The position numbers and the translations under genes were made by a program. The notes under the pieces were generated by a model, which searched no databases, was not told where the DNA came from, and worked only from the letters and a program-made list of their open reading frames with translations. Below are positions 36,422 to 47,101 of a stretch of DNA of 64,000 nt, one piece after another. The stretch covers positions 155,066-219,065 of the forward strand of contig PAQS01000040.1 of NCBI GenBank assembly GCA_002709385.1, given 5' to 3'. Positions within the stretch are counted from its first letter, which is position 1. Each line of letters begins with the position of its first letter. Origin of the DNA: Waddliaceae bacterium. GTDB lineage: Bacteria > Chlamydiota > Chlamydiia > Chlamydiales > GCA-2709385.

Positions 36422-38288
36422 GAATTTCCTCTTCTTGAGTGATCGTATTTTTATCTGAATGTTTTCTAAGATGTACGCGCACAATAGAAATATCTGCAGG
36501 AGAAACTCCTGAAATGCGAGAAGCCTGTCCTAAATTCTGTGGACGTACTTTATTTAACTTCTCTTCTGCTTCTTTTCTTAGACCAGTAATCTTTTCAAAG
36601 GAGAGGTCATGAGGAATTTGTATTGTTTCTAATTTATCTAATTTAGAGATCTCAAGGTTTTGTCGATCGATATAGCCAGCATATTTCATGGATAATTCGA
36701 TTTGAGCATTTAAGTCTGTACCATGATCAATAAAATCATCAGGGTACTCTTTAAGCAAAGATTGATAAGTAAGTTCAGGTCTTCGCAACAACTGTGCTAA
36801 AGAAACACCCTTTCCATCGATTTGCTTAAAAATTTTTGCCAAGCGCTTGCACTCACTCTCTAGTGTTTGTTCTTTGGTGCAAATTGCTTGATACTGATCT
36901 TTATTAATCAAACCTAATTCGTATCCATACTTTCGTAGGCGTAGGTCGGCATTATCTTGCCTTAGAAGCAAACGGTGCTCTGCACGACTAGTAAACATAC
37001 GGTAAGGTTCAGTTACTCCTTTGGTAACTAAATCATCAATCATTACACCAATGTAAGCTTCAGAACGCTTTAAAATAAGAGGATCACGATTACGCACTTT
37101 ACATACTGCATTGATACCTGCAATCAATCCTTGAGCGGCAGCTTCTTCATACCCAGTAGTACCGTTGATTTGTCCGGCTAAAAATAAACCTTCAATATGA
37201 CGGGTTTCTAGAGTGTAATCAATATGGCCTGAAACAATGTAGTCATACTCAATTGCGTAAGCTGGACGAGTGATTTCAGCGTTACGAAGACTCGGTATAC
37301 TATGTAGCATTGCCAATTGAACATCAAAAGGAAGTGAGGAAGAAATTCCATTTAAATAGACTTCTTGGGTGTCAATTCCTTCAGGTTCTAAAAAGATTTG
37401 GTGACGTTCTTTATCAGAAAAACGAACAACTTTATCTTCTATAGAAGGGCAGTAACGAGGGCCAATTCCCTGTATCGTGCCAGAATACATAGGAGAACGA
37501 TGTAAGTTATCTTGTATGATTTTTTTTGTCTCTGCTGTGGTGTGCGTAATATAGCAAGAAACACGAGGAAGAGGGGTAAAGGTAGCTGGATCATAAGAGA
37601 ATCGGATCTCTTCATTTCCTGATTGTTCTTCGCAAAGGCTCCAATCAATAGAACGGGCATGAACACGTGCAGGAGTTCCTGTTTTTAGGCGGTCAAGAAC
37701 AAAACCATGTTGTTCTAAAACGGCAGAAAGACCTAAAGAAGGTTGGTCGCCAGCTCGTCCACCACTATACTGTACTTCGCCAATATGAAGTAATCCACGC
37801 ATAAAGGTACCGGCTGAAAGAACAACAGTTTTTCCTTTGTAAGCGATTTTTTCTTTGGTAACGACTCCCTGAATTCGACCTTCTTCTACAAGCAAATCTT
37901 CTGTTGTTCCTTGCTTGATGAAAAGGTTTTCAGTCTGCTCGAGTTTAGACTTCATCCAAAACTGATAACGAACTTTATCTGCTTGCGCACGAGGAGCCCA
38001 AACTGCTGGTCCTTTCGTAGCATTAAGCATACGAAAATGTATTCCTGTCTGATCAATGCATTTACCCATTTCACCGCCGAGAGCATCAATCTCTCGAACC
38101 ATATGGCCTTTGGCAATTCCACCAACAGCAGGGTTACAACTCATTTTTGCAATCGTATCTAGATTCATTGTGAGAAGCAAAGTTTTTGCTCCCATACGAG
38201 CACCAGCAAGCGCAGCTTCACAACCAGCATGCCCAGCTCCGACAACAATCAGATCATATTCTTCAGGATAGGTCCACATTTCCAGCAA
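36414..38288 (-). CDS. mnmG: tRNA uridine-5-carboxymethylaminomethyl modification enzyme MnmG (GidA)
   Basis: 624 aa. Motifs are [28 protein letters not shown] and [16 protein letters not shown], with a C-terminal GidA-association domain. Confidence 0.95.
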   Translation of the reverse strand: MLEMWTYPEEYDLIVVGAGHAGCEAALAGARMGAKTLLLTMNLDTIAKMSCNPAVGGIAKGHMVREIDALGGEMGKCIDQTGIHFRMLNATKGPAVWAPRAQADKVRYQFWMKSKLEQTENLFIKQGTTEDLLVEEGRIQGVVTKEKIAYKGKTVVLSAGTFMRGLLHIGEVQYSGGRAGDQPSLGLSAVLEQHGFVLDRLKTGTPARVHARSIDWSLCEEQSGNEEIRFSYDPATFTPLPRVSCYITHTTAETKKIIQDNLHRSPMYSGTIQGIGPRYCPSIEDKVVRFSDKERHQIFLEPEGIDTQEVYLNGISSSLPFDVQLAMLHSIPSLRNAEITRPAYAIEYDYIVSGHIDYTLETRHIEGLFLAGQINGTTGYEEAAAQGLIAGINAVCKVRNRDPLILKRSEAYIGVMIDDLVTKGVTEPYRMFTSRAEHRLLLRQDNADLRLRKYGYELGLINKDQYQAICTKEQTLESECKRLAKIFKQIDGKGVSLAQLLRRPELTYQSLLKEYPDDFIDHGTDLNAQIELSMKYAGYIDRQNLEISKLDKLETIQIPHDLSFEKITGLRKEAEEKLNKVRPQNLGQASRISGVSPADISIVRVHLRKHSDKNTITQEEEIHV

Positions 38289-38416
38289 CCATAATTATAC
38301 AAAAAAAGACATCGATACAGTATAGCGTATCGATGTCGAAAAAGATAAACACCGTGACGAGACGGCAAAGTAGAGAATTAAACCCGTCAAAAATAAAACA
38401 AAGTTAATTAAAACTT

Positions 38417-38506
38417 TTATTTTTTCTTGTGACGATCTCTGCGACGACGCTTATTACGCTTGTGCTTAGCAATTTTTTTTCTGCGTTTCTTTTTGACAGA
38501 TGACAT
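38417..38506 (-). CDS. 29-aa hyper-basic micro-protein, bS22 (AURKAIP1/COX24-type)-like
   Basis: Not in the ORF track because it is under 60 aa. My own translation is MSSVKKKRRKKIAKHKRNKRRRRDRHKKK*, with a GGAG 11 nt upstream. From memory it resembles mycobacterial bS22 (MGSVIKKRRKRMSKKKHRK...). Confidence 0.5.
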   Translation of the reverse strand: MSSVKKKRRKKIAKHKRNKRRRRDRHKKK

Positions 38507-38630
38507 ATGAAAATACGCTCCAAATAAAAGCTTTTGTTTCTTTCAGGCAATTGATTAGGTGAAATAAGTCGCCGTAATTGCCAGAGCAAAGACAATATGG
38601 TAGTGGAAATGAGATAAAAAGTAAACCCAA

Positions 38631-40085
38631 CTATTTTTCAGAAAATTCAGCAAAGGCTTCATCGTTATCGCCCATATGAACGCGATCACCAAAATCGTCA
38701 TCTAAAGGGGTATAATTGTCGAAACGAGCAATTTCTTTACGGAAAGTCAAATTAACACTACCTACCGCACCATGACGATTTTTACCCACAATGACTTCGG
38801 CTTGGCCTGGTTTATCCATAGGATCGTAGTATTCTCTACGAAGAAGAAAGGCTACAACGTCGGCATCCTGCTCAATAGATCCCGATTCTCGCAAGTCACT
38901 CATCATTGGACGGTGACCAGCTCGCTCTTCTACTTTACGAGATAGCTGAGAACAACAGAGAATAGGAATATCCAATTCTCTCGCTAAAGTCTTCAACATT
39001 CTTGAAATCTCAGAGACTTCAATCTGACGACTTTCATTACTACGAGAACTGGAAGATCCAGCAATTAGCTGGAGGTAGTCAATAATTAAAAATCCAATTC
39101 CATATGTTTCTTTCATTCGACGAGCCCGAGCCCGCAAATCGGTAATCTTCAATCCGGGCTGGTCATCGATAAGCATCGTCGCGTTTTGAATATTATGGAC
39201 ACTAGAGACAATTCTCTGGTATTCCATTCCATTCAAGGAACCAGTCTTGATTTTTTCGGATTCTACTTCAGATTGAGAACAAATAATTCTATGAACTAAT
39301 TGCTCGGCGCTCATCTCAAGTGAAAAAATTCCTACAGGAACTCCTTCACGGAAACAAATATTTTCAGCCAGGTTTAAAACGAAAGCCGTTTTACCCATAG
39401 CCGGACGAGCAGCTAAAATAATCAGGTTAGAATTACCCATCCCATTGAGCATGGTATCAAGATCATTGAAATGGGTACGGACACCAGTAATACCTGGATC
39501 ATCCGGACCTCTCTCTTGATAATCTTTTTGACGCTCTTCAAGCTCTTTTAAAAAGGGAACTTGATTCTTAGATTTTACCCCATTCAATACGTCTTGAATA
39601 TGTGTCCCAGTTTGTGACTGGGCTGTTTGGCTTACTTGGTAAAATAATTGCTGAGCTTCATCTAGTAAGGTAGGAACATTATCCGGTTCATCAAGAGCAC
39701 GCTTTTCGATAATTTGAGAAGCATTGATCATGCTTCGCAAAATAGATTTATTACGAACTAAATCAACGTATTCTTCTATATAGGCAGAAGTTCCTGCAAA
39801 CTGGGCTAATGTCATGATATAAGGAGCACCGCCAACAGCTTTTAATTTTTCTTGGCGCTTGAGCTCTTCACATACAAGATGAACATCAATGGGTTTGTCA
39901 TTCTTGTAAAAATTTTTTATTACATTGAAAACCAGTTTATGCTCTGTAAAATAAAAATCAGAGTCATCTAGGCTGTCAGCAGCGATATTCACGCTATTCA
40001 CGCTAGTAAGCATGGAACCCAACACCATCATTTCTGATTCTTTAGAGTGAGGGGCTACTTTAACTTTTTTCTTTTCGTCAGCCAT
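38631..40085 (-). CDS. dnaB: replicative DNA helicase DnaB
   Basis: Walker A is ARPAMGKTAF. Other motifs are IIDYLQLI and SQLSRKVEER. I prefer the ATG at 40085 (MADEKKK) over the track's TTG at 40118. Confidence 0.9.
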   Translation of the reverse strand: MADEKKKVKVAPHSKESEMMVLGSMLTSVNSVNIAADSLDDSDFYFTEHKLVFNVIKNFYKNDKPIDVHLVCEELKRQEKLKAVGGAPYIMTLAQFAGTSAYIEEYVDLVRNKSILRSMINASQIIEKRALDEPDNVPTLLDEAQQLFYQVSQTAQSQTGTHIQDVLNGVKSKNQVPFLKELEERQKDYQERGPDDPGITGVRTHFNDLDTMLNGMGNSNLIILAARPAMGKTAFVLNLAENICFREGVPVGIFSLEMSAEQLVHRIICSQSEVESEKIKTGSLNGMEYQRIVSSVHNIQNATMLIDDQPGLKITDLRARARRMKETYGIGFLIIDYLQLIAGSSSSRSNESRQIEVSEISRMLKTLARELDIPILCCSQLSRKVEERAGHRPMMSDLRESGSIEQDADVVAFLLRREYYDPMDKPGQAEVIVGKNRHGAVGSVNLTFRKEIARFDNYTPLDDDFGDRVHMGDNDEAFAEFSEK

Positions 40086-40266
40086 GACAGTCTCGTGGTT
40101 TTCTCTGTATTTTGACAACTTATACTAGAATAGTGGATCCATCATTCAAAAGTCTACGTACATCTTATACAGAAGAAAATGAAGGAAATGAAGGAAAGGT
40201 TTTTTCTTAAGCGACTACAGCTTGCGTAAAAAAGACAGGAAAGATAAGATCTTAACTAGTTTTCAC

Positions 40267-40353
40267 GGAAAGATGGCTGAGTGGCCGAAAGCACATCCCT
40301 GCTAAGGATGCGTACCTTTACGGGTACCGGGGGTTCGAATCCCCCTCTTTCCG
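40267..40353 (+). tRNA. tRNA-Ser (anticodon GCU)
   Basis: Hand-folded. The acceptor stem is ggaaaga/tctttcc. The anticodon stem is catcc/ggatg with loop ctGCTaa. It has a long variable arm, a T-arm gggttcgaatccc, and discriminator G. Confidence 0.9.
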
Positions 40354-40354
40354 A

Positions 40355-40389
40355 CAAAAAAAGCTCTGAATTTTATTCAGAGCTTTTTT
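40355..40389. terminator. bidirectional rho-independent terminator
   Basis: An A-run, the hairpin gctctgaa-tttta-ttcagagc, then a T-run. It serves the tRNA (+) and the convergent POT gene (-). Confidence 0.8.
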
Positions 40390-40412
40390 GTTTTTAAGAA
40401 ACCGCACAAAAT

Positions 40413-41759
40413 TTAAGAAGCAAGCTCTACTTGCATTTCATCACCCTCTACTCCGCTTTTTACAATCTGGGCATAAATAAGAAGAAGTAAACATGCGATG
40501 ATGCCAATACTAGCAACGATATACCAAATCATTTCTGGCTGGTAAGTTTCGTGTAAATATTTTTCTACTAAATACCCGCCGAGTGGCCCTCCAGCAAACG
40601 AACCAATTGCTACAGGAAGAAAAGCAAATCCCATATAAGTACCCACTTGCTCTTTAGGGGCAAGGGTAGCAACGTACTCGTAAAGGCGAGGAGATAAGGT
40701 TGCTTCACCAATAGCAAATAAGGCGATTCCTACTAAAGCAGCTGGAATGGTAGGGGCAATTGCAAAACATAGCCAAGAACAGCTAGCAAGCATTAAACCA
40801 CTCACAATAGCTCTTAATGCAGACCAGTGTCTTGTTAAAATTCCCATAGGAATACTTGCTCCGATAATAATCCAAGCATTCACCGTTTCTAAAAGCTCAA
40901 AATTTTCATAATGCAAAACTTCCAAAACATAGAAAGGAAGGGCATAAAATAACTGTCAAAACATCAAATAAAAACTCGATAATAGTGTGAGAAATGTAAT
41001 GAACTTAATGTTGCTAAAGACCATTAGCATATCTTTAAATATTTTAGTAAAGCTAGCGCTTTGAGCTGTTTCTACGGTTTCTAGCGGTTTATCTGGCTCT
41101 CTAAAAAAGGCAAGAGTCCCTAAAAAGAGGCAAGCAGAAACCACTGAAGCCATTACTAAGACATACTCTATCCCGAGTAAATGCCGAATCTGTAATGCGA
41201 AAATAGGACCTAATGCTCCACCTATATTCACGATAGAATAATAAATAGAATATCCTAAAGATGCTGTTTCTGGAACTGTCGTCTTAGCAACTGTTCCTAC
41301 AATGCAGGGCTTGATTAAAGAACCTCCAATAGAGGTCAATACCAATACGGCAGTAATATAAGGCGTTGGCCCCACTGATTGTACTAAAGCAGCACCAAGA
41401 TCTAAACAGGGAAGGGCAATAAGAAAATATCCTAAAGCAAAAAGAAAAAAACACGCGGCTAATGTCTTACGAAATCCATAGCGGTCAACAAATACTCCGG
41501 CTACTAGTGGTAATGAGTACATAATCCCTGCATACATCCCCGCTAACGATGCTGCAGCTTCCACACCCAAGTCTAAACGATTAGCTAAGTAAACAACCAA
41601 AATCGCTTTTGAGCCATAAAATGCAAAACGCTCAAATAACTCCAGACTATTTGCAATCCAAAACGTGGAATTAAAGCTCGTTCGCACTCTTTGTATAGTA
41701 ACGGAAAAACTCAAAATTTTTCTCCAATTCAACGCTTCGCTCACTTTATGAACATACAT
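40413..41759 (-). pseudogene. POT/PTR2-family peptide transporter interrupted by one in-frame TGA (40956-40958)
   Basis: Carries the ExxERFxYYG-type motif ELFERFAFYG. The two track ORFs (40956-41759 and 40413-40925) are in the same frame. Reading through gives ...SSFYLMF*QLFYALPFYVLEVLHY... Confidence 0.75.
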
Positions 41760-42166
41760 TTGTGAACAAAAATATCGTTTCTTAATCGGTTTTGGGAGAT
41801 GTTACACCACACAATGTAAGTAACAACGTGAACCCTTGTAGATAATTTTTTACACAAGAGCAAGAAAAAATGATGAACAATGCAAAGAAAAAGTATGAAC
41901 AAGAAAGGAAGTTATTGGAAATCTATAGACTTAAAGAAGAAAAAAAATAGCTTTCTGAGCTGTCTCTAAGAGGTGTTTTAAATAAAATAAATTTTTATAA
42001 CGTGCGAACAGGTTTTCCACATAGAAATACAGAAGAGAAATGAAAAAATTACCCCACATATACAGAGAAGGTGAAAAATTATATTAAAGTTTTGCACAGT
42101 GATTATATGAATTGACATAAGCTGTTTTTATCAAAAAGAAATTTATTGGTGATTTTCATCAACAAG

Positions 42167-42175
42167 TTATCCACA
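42167..42175 (+). promoter_or_regulatory. perfect DnaA-box consensus TTATCCACA in a 487-bp AT-rich intergenic region
   Basis: Read directly from the sequence. A one-mismatch box, TTTTCCACA, lies at 42013-42021. Confidence 0.35.
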
Positions 42176-42246
42176 GTATGCTAAGGACTGAGTTAAAAAA
42201 AATCAGTCCTTATTCGAGGAGAATGTAAATATTTGCGTCTATTTAT

Positions 42247-43872
42247 CTACAAGATTTGCACATTTTTGATTGATGGTTTCCATGAAAAATCCAATAAACC
42301 TATAGAACTTACTTGAACATAAGCGCTTTGTGGTTTTTTAAGAGATACAAAAGAGCCAAAATAAATGGGAATAATAGGCATATCTTGTATTAGTAGTGCT
42401 TCTGCATTGTTAAGTAGTTTTTCTCGTTCTTCATTTGTACTACAGTAATTTGCTTGTTCTAAGAGTTCCACGTAAGCTTGACTCTGCCATCCTGTATTGT
42501 TTGTACTGCTATCTTTATATTTGAATACTTCAAGAAAATTTGAAGAGTCAGGAAAGTCAGCTACCCATGAACCCATACAAAGCTGAGTATTTCCTTGTCG
42601 AAGCTCACTGAAAAGTACTTTGGATTCTACAGTGCGTAATTCTATATGAATACCAAGAACTTCTTTCCATTGTTCTTGCATACTTTGTGCTAGGCGACGT
42701 CTACGAGCATCTTGTCCAAAAGTTAGTGTAAGACTAGGGAAGCTATCAGAAGATAAAGATAATTCTTCTAATGCTTCATTAAACAATTTACGTGCTTCGT
42801 CGATATCAGCATCGTGAAAAAAACTTGGCTTTTCTTTTTTTAGAGAGAGGGGCACCAGTCCAGTAGCTGGTGTTTGGCCTCCTTGCAAAAGATGATCGAC
42901 AAGTTGTTGTCGGTTTAAAGCTAATGAAAGGGCGCGCCTTATCTTGGGGTTCGAGAGTGTGGGGTCTAATGTATTTACACGAATAAATTCTGTATGAAGG
43001 GCAGGAGAAATAGCGAGACTGTTGTTGTTTTTTAAGTGGTTTAAAGAGTCAACAGGTAGAACTGATAGAGGAGAGCCTGCCCAATCTAGTTCATTATTTT
43101 GGAACATTGCAAGTTCAGTATGTTCGTCCACAAAAATGAACTGTATTTCGTTAAGGAAAACATTATTTTGCTCCCAGTATGCTGAATTTTTGATTAAATG
43201 TATTTCATCTGCTTCTGCCCAACGTTTTACTGTAAAGGGACCATTATGCGGAGGAATATAATGGCTTTTTTCATGCCACTTCGGATATTTAGAGGCGTAA
43301 TGCTTAGGAATAGGAGCATAGATAGGGAGCGTAAGAAGCTCAAGAAAGTAAGGAGTAGGGGATTCTAAAGTGACACAAAGCGTACGATAGTCTTTAGCCT
43401 TTACCCCAATAGAATTGGTAGATATTAGCCCCTTTTTTGCACTTTCTGCACCTTTAATACAGTATAATAATGATGAGAAATCAGAAGGAAAATTTGGCTC
43501 AAGAGCTTGTCGCCAAGCATATACAAAGTCATTAGCAGTACAAGCAGCACCATCAGACCATACACTCTTTCGTAGCTTGAATATGTACTTTAGGCCATCT
43601 TCGCTTACAGTCCATGACTCTGCTATACCTGCTTCAGCTTTACCATTAGTATTTGTTCGTGTTAGTCCTTCAAAAAGTAGGCGAGATACAGTTAGAGCAT
43701 GAATAGTGCGTCCTCGTCGTGGATCAATAGAAACAGCTCCATCTTTAAGGTTGGCACGGAAAATAGATAAGGGCTTATCGCTGGTATTTTTAGTTGTTTT
43801 TTTAGAGTTACACGATTCTGTAATTAAAAGCGCAAGAAATAGAAGTAGAGTGCGTACTGCTGAGAAAGTCAT
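42247..43872 (-). CDS. peptide ABC transporter substrate-binding protein (family 5, OppA/DppA-like)
   Basis: 541 aa with a signal/lipoprotein-like N-terminus (LLITESC). The sequence is typical of SBP_bac_5 (LFEGLTRTN..GKAEAGIAESW, WSDG). Confidence 0.85.
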   Translation of the reverse strand: MTFSAVRTLLLFLALLITESCNSKKTTKNTSDKPLSIFRANLKDGAVSIDPRRGRTIHALTVSRLLFEGLTRTNTNGKAEAGIAESWTVSEDGLKYIFKLRKSVWSDGAACTANDFVYAWRQALEPNFPSDFSSLLYCIKGAESAKKGLISTNSIGVKAKDYRTLCVTLESPTPYFLELLTLPIYAPIPKHYASKYPKWHEKSHYIPPHNGPFTVKRWAEADEIHLIKNSAYWEQNNVFLNEIQFIFVDEHTELAMFQNNELDWAGSPLSVLPVDSLNHLKNNNSLAISPALHTEFIRVNTLDPTLSNPKIRRALSLALNRQQLVDHLLQGGQTPATGLVPLSLKKEKPSFFHDADIDEARKLFNEALEELSLSSDSFPSLTLTFGQDARRRRLAQSMQEQWKEVLGIHIELRTVESKVLFSELRQGNTQLCMGSWVADFPDSSNFLEVFKYKDSSTNNTGWQSQAYVELLEQANYCSTNEEREKLLNNAEALLIQDMPIIPIYFGSFVSLKKPQSAYVQVSSIGLLDFSWKPSIKNVQIL

Positions 43873-43948
43873 AAAAGCTCCTTTTATGAAAAGGTAGACA
43901 ATATAACGAACTCATAAGTTGGAGTCTACTTCTAGCTTAATGTATTTA

Positions 43949-45736
43949 CTATTTGCGTTCAGATTGTTGTGTTTCCCAAAGGTGAGCATATAGTTTTTTA
44001 TTTAGAAGTAGTTCTTGATGGTTTCCTTCTTCTACTATTCTTCCTTGCTCTAAAACAATAATTTTATCCGCATCAACAATCGTAGAAAGGCGGTGTGCAA
44101 TAACCAAGCTTGTATATCCCTGTGCGATTTCTTTTAGTGCATTAAGAATGGCTTGTTCAGACTTACTATCCAGAGAAGAAGTCGCTTCATCAAATACTAG
44201 TATAGGAGGGCGTTTAAGTATTGTTCGTGCAATAGCAACTCTTTGTTTTTCTCCACCAGATAACTTTAAACCTCTTTCTCCCACTAAAGTATTAACTCCA
44301 TCGGGTAGTTCTTTTATGAAATGATCAAGGTGAGCGTGACGAATCGCATTGAGAACTTCTTCATCTGTTGCATTTGGACGTCCATAGCGAATATTCTCAA
44401 TAATTGTATCGTTAAATAAAACGGTATCTTGTGGAACAATCCCAATAGATTGTCTTAAGGAGTATTGAGAAAGATGACGAATGTCTTTACCGCCTACAGT
44501 AATACTCCCTTCGCTCACATCATAAAAACGAAATAAGAGTTTTACTAATGTTGATTTTCCAGCTCCACTAGGACCAACCACAGCGACTTTTTGCCCAGGT
44601 TTTACCGTAAAGCTAATATCGTTCAGGATCGGACGTTCTGTATGATAGCGAAAAAATACTTTTGAAAAAGAAATACTAGAGTCATTTGACGATAGAAATT
44701 CTGCATTAGGGGAGTCAGTAACCTTAGGCTTATACCCTAACAAAGTAAACATTTGTTCTATGTTTGCCATAGACCCTTTTATTTCTCGGTAAACAAAGCC
44801 TAGAAAATTTAAAGGTAAAAATAACTGCATCATAAAAGCATTGATAAGAACAAAATCACCTATCGTCATAAGATCAGCTAAAACTCTATTGGCAGCAAGA
44901 ATCATCATACTTGTCATTGCAATGGCTATAATAAGAGCTTGTCCGCTATTGAGTGCGAAAAGAGATAAACGGCTTTTACGCTTCGCCCACTCCCATTTTT
45001 CTAGTTCAGTATCATAGCGTTCTGCTTCATAGTCCTCATTTGTAAAATATTTTACAGTCTCATAATTCAGTAAACTATCAATAGCCCGAAAATTACTTGA
45101 GGAATCTGCTTTATTTGCTTCTCGAATGAATTTTGTTCTCCATTCGGTAGCAACAAAAGAAAACGCAATATATGTAGCGATAGATCCAAAAGTTACTGTT
45201 GCAAAGTCCCAGCCATAATTGATGAGAAGAAGAACAATAACTAAAGCTATTTCTAGTAAGGTGGGAACAATATTAAAAATCATAAAGCGAAGAAGAAAAC
45301 TAATACCACTTGTTCCTCGTTCTATATCTCTTGATAGTCCGCCTGTTCGGCGAGTTAAATGAAAGTCGAGCTCTAGTTGATGTAAATGTTGAAAAACTTC
45401 TAAGCCAACTCTTCGAATCGCACGTTCTGTTACACGCCCAAATAAAGTATCTCGAATCTCACCAAGTAAAACATTAGAAAATCGAACTAAACCATAAGCA
45501 AGAATAAGACTAATAGGAGCAACAATAAGCTCCATGGACTTGAGTTGATAAGAATCTAAATCATCAACAATATACTTCAGAATGAAAGGTAAGCTAACAC
45601 TAGCGATCTTTGCAAAAATTAAGCAAAAAATAGCGATGAGTACTCGTTTCTTAAACTCCCAAAGATAAGGCCAAAGAAGCTTAAGAACTTTCCAATCTAC
45701 CGTCTCAATATTATCTGAGTAATTTCCATGCCGCAT
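43949..45736 (-). CDS. ABC exporter, fused permease-ATPase (ABCB / Atm1-like)
   Basis: A 6-TM N-terminal half is followed by Walker A GPSGAGKST, the signature LSGGEKQRVAIAR and Walker B ILVFDEATSSLD. Confidence 0.85.
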   Translation of the reverse strand: MRHGNYSDNIETVDWKVLKLLWPYLWEFKKRVLIAIFCLIFAKIASVSLPFILKYIVDDLDSYQLKSMELIVAPISLILAYGLVRFSNVLLGEIRDTLFGRVTERAIRRVGLEVFQHLHQLELDFHLTRRTGGLSRDIERGTSGISFLLRFMIFNIVPTLLEIALVIVLLLINYGWDFATVTFGSIATYIAFSFVATEWRTKFIREANKADSSSNFRAIDSLLNYETVKYFTNEDYEAERYDTELEKWEWAKRKSRLSLFALNSGQALIIAIAMTSMMILAANRVLADLMTIGDFVLINAFMMQLFLPLNFLGFVYREIKGSMANIEQMFTLLGYKPKVTDSPNAEFLSSNDSSISFSKVFFRYHTERPILNDISFTVKPGQKVAVVGPSGAGKSTLVKLLFRFYDVSEGSITVGGKDIRHLSQYSLRQSIGIVPQDTVLFNDTIIENIRYGRPNATDEEVLNAIRHAHLDHFIKELPDGVNTLVGERGLKLSGGEKQRVAIARTILKRPPILVFDEATSSLDSKSEQAILNALKEIAQGYTSLVIAHRLSTIVDADKIIVLEQGRIVEEGNHQELLLNKKLYAHLWETQQSERK

Positions 45737-45904
45737 TCAAGGATACCTAAGTTATGAATCTAGAACTGTAGCATAACATTGCTACATCATAAAAAATAGT
45801 ATCTCTAATGGAGAAGAAGAAAATCTAGATAAATGGAAGAGTGTTTACAAAATAAAATAAATTATTTTGCAAACACTTCCTGTACCCTATAAAAAATTAA
45901 GCAA

Positions 45905-46249
45905 TTAGCTTATCGGATTATCTGATGGAGGGGGTGATGCAGGCATAAAACGCTGTTTTGCAACACGAGCGGTAACAGATGTTGCTCCTGCAAGGAGAGT
46001 AATCGGAGTTGATAGAATCAAGAGACCCATTATAACCCCATCTAGAGCACCGTGTAGGCCTTCTTTAAGGACTCCAGCTTGTATAGCAGCAATACTTTCA
46101 ACGATATTATGGCTCTTCGCAGAATACGTTGCACCTGTATTTACACCATTTTGAGCAATACGTTCTTTTGCATGATAAATACTCAAACCGCTAATTAAAG
46201 CTCCAGCACCATACAAAGCATACTGTCCATAATTTGTTACAATATTCAT
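45905..46249 (-). CDS. hypothetical small membrane protein
   Basis: I prefer the ATG at 46249 (MNIVTNYGQYALYGAGALISGL), which has an aggaga RBS. It has two hydrophobic segments and no recognised family. Confidence 0.4.
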   Translation of the reverse strand: MNIVTNYGQYALYGAGALISGLSIYHAKERIAQNGVNTGATYSAKSHNIVESIAAIQAGVLKEGLHGALDGVIMGLLILSTPITLLAGATSVTARVAKQRFMPASPPPSDNPIS

Positions 46250-46415
46250 AACTTCTCTCCTTTCAGAAAATTCTAAATAAAAAAATATCCTTATGCATGG
46301 AGAGAGCGATTGTGTCAATATATAGACCATAAAAAAATATTTATTGCTTCTAATGAATCAAGGGGTTAGGATCTAAATCCCTAAACTTAAAAGTTGAATT
46401 TAACATAAGGTTACA

Positions 46416-47099
46416 ATGAGAAAATTTTTTATCCTTCTTCTATTGCTTAATCCTCTTCACTTGTTTGCTAGTAGCGATATTTTGAGTTTATTTAATAGCA
46501 AAATCAGTATTAAGTTCTCCTTGATCTCTCCTGAAGGCCCTTCAAATGAAGACCTAAAATTTTTTTTACTTTCTTCTGATGATTTGAATGTAGGAACAAA
46601 TTATCGATTAAGCTGCCTAAGCACTGTAAATTCAGCAAATAAGCAAATGATTGTCACACCAAAAGAAGATGGTTGTTTTATGTCGTCTTCTGATGGAAGA
46701 GAGTTAGCCTTTTGTTTCACGAGTCACCTAGCACCAGAATCATATTTTTTTGTTCTTGAAGACTTATCTAACGATGAGAAACTATATTCAGATTGGTTTT
46801 GTCCTTTTGCAAAGCAAGTTCAATTCAAATCCGGTGCAATGTTTTATGCTGCAGAAATTTTGGCTGAACAACATGTGTACTTAGCGAGACTCTGCTGTTT
46901 GAAAGAAGGAATAAATCAAAAAGGAACTATTTCCTTAATCTCAAATGGAAAAGTGATGCATAAAACTCCTTTTGAAACTCTTGGGAAGTCATTTATAAGT
47001 GCGGTTTTTCCTATTCCACCTGGAAAAAATAACTATTTAAAAGTATCTCTGGGCCGCGAAAAAATACAATACTCAATACCGACACAGGAAAAAGCATAA
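46416..47099 (+). CDS. hypothetical secreted protein
   Basis: 227 aa with a signal peptide (MRKFFILLLLLNPLHLFAS). I recognise no family. Confidence 0.45.
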   Translation: MRKFFILLLLLNPLHLFASSDILSLFNSKISIKFSLISPEGPSNEDLKFFLLSSDDLNVGTNYRLSCLSTVNSANKQMIVTPKEDGCFMSSSDGRELAFCFTSHLAPESYFFVLEDLSNDEKLYSDWFCPFAKQVQFKSGAMFYAAEILAEQHVYLARLCCLKEGINQKGTISLISNGKVMHKTPFETLGKSFISAVFPIPPGKNNYLKVSLGREKIQYSIPTQEKA

Positions 47100-47101
47100 A
47101 A

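Noticed and set aside
38404-38595. 63-aa track ORF between mnmG and dnaB
   Set aside because: It has no recognisable features. An alternative frame on the same strand gives a compact bS22-like hyper-basic peptide with a plausible SD, and I prefer that reading.
40956-40958. The idea that TGA is decoded as Trp (reassigned genetic code) in this organism
   Set aside because: TGA terminates well-supported genes in the same window at expected lengths (for example dsbD at 14433-14435). A nonsense mutation or sequencing error is more parsimonious.
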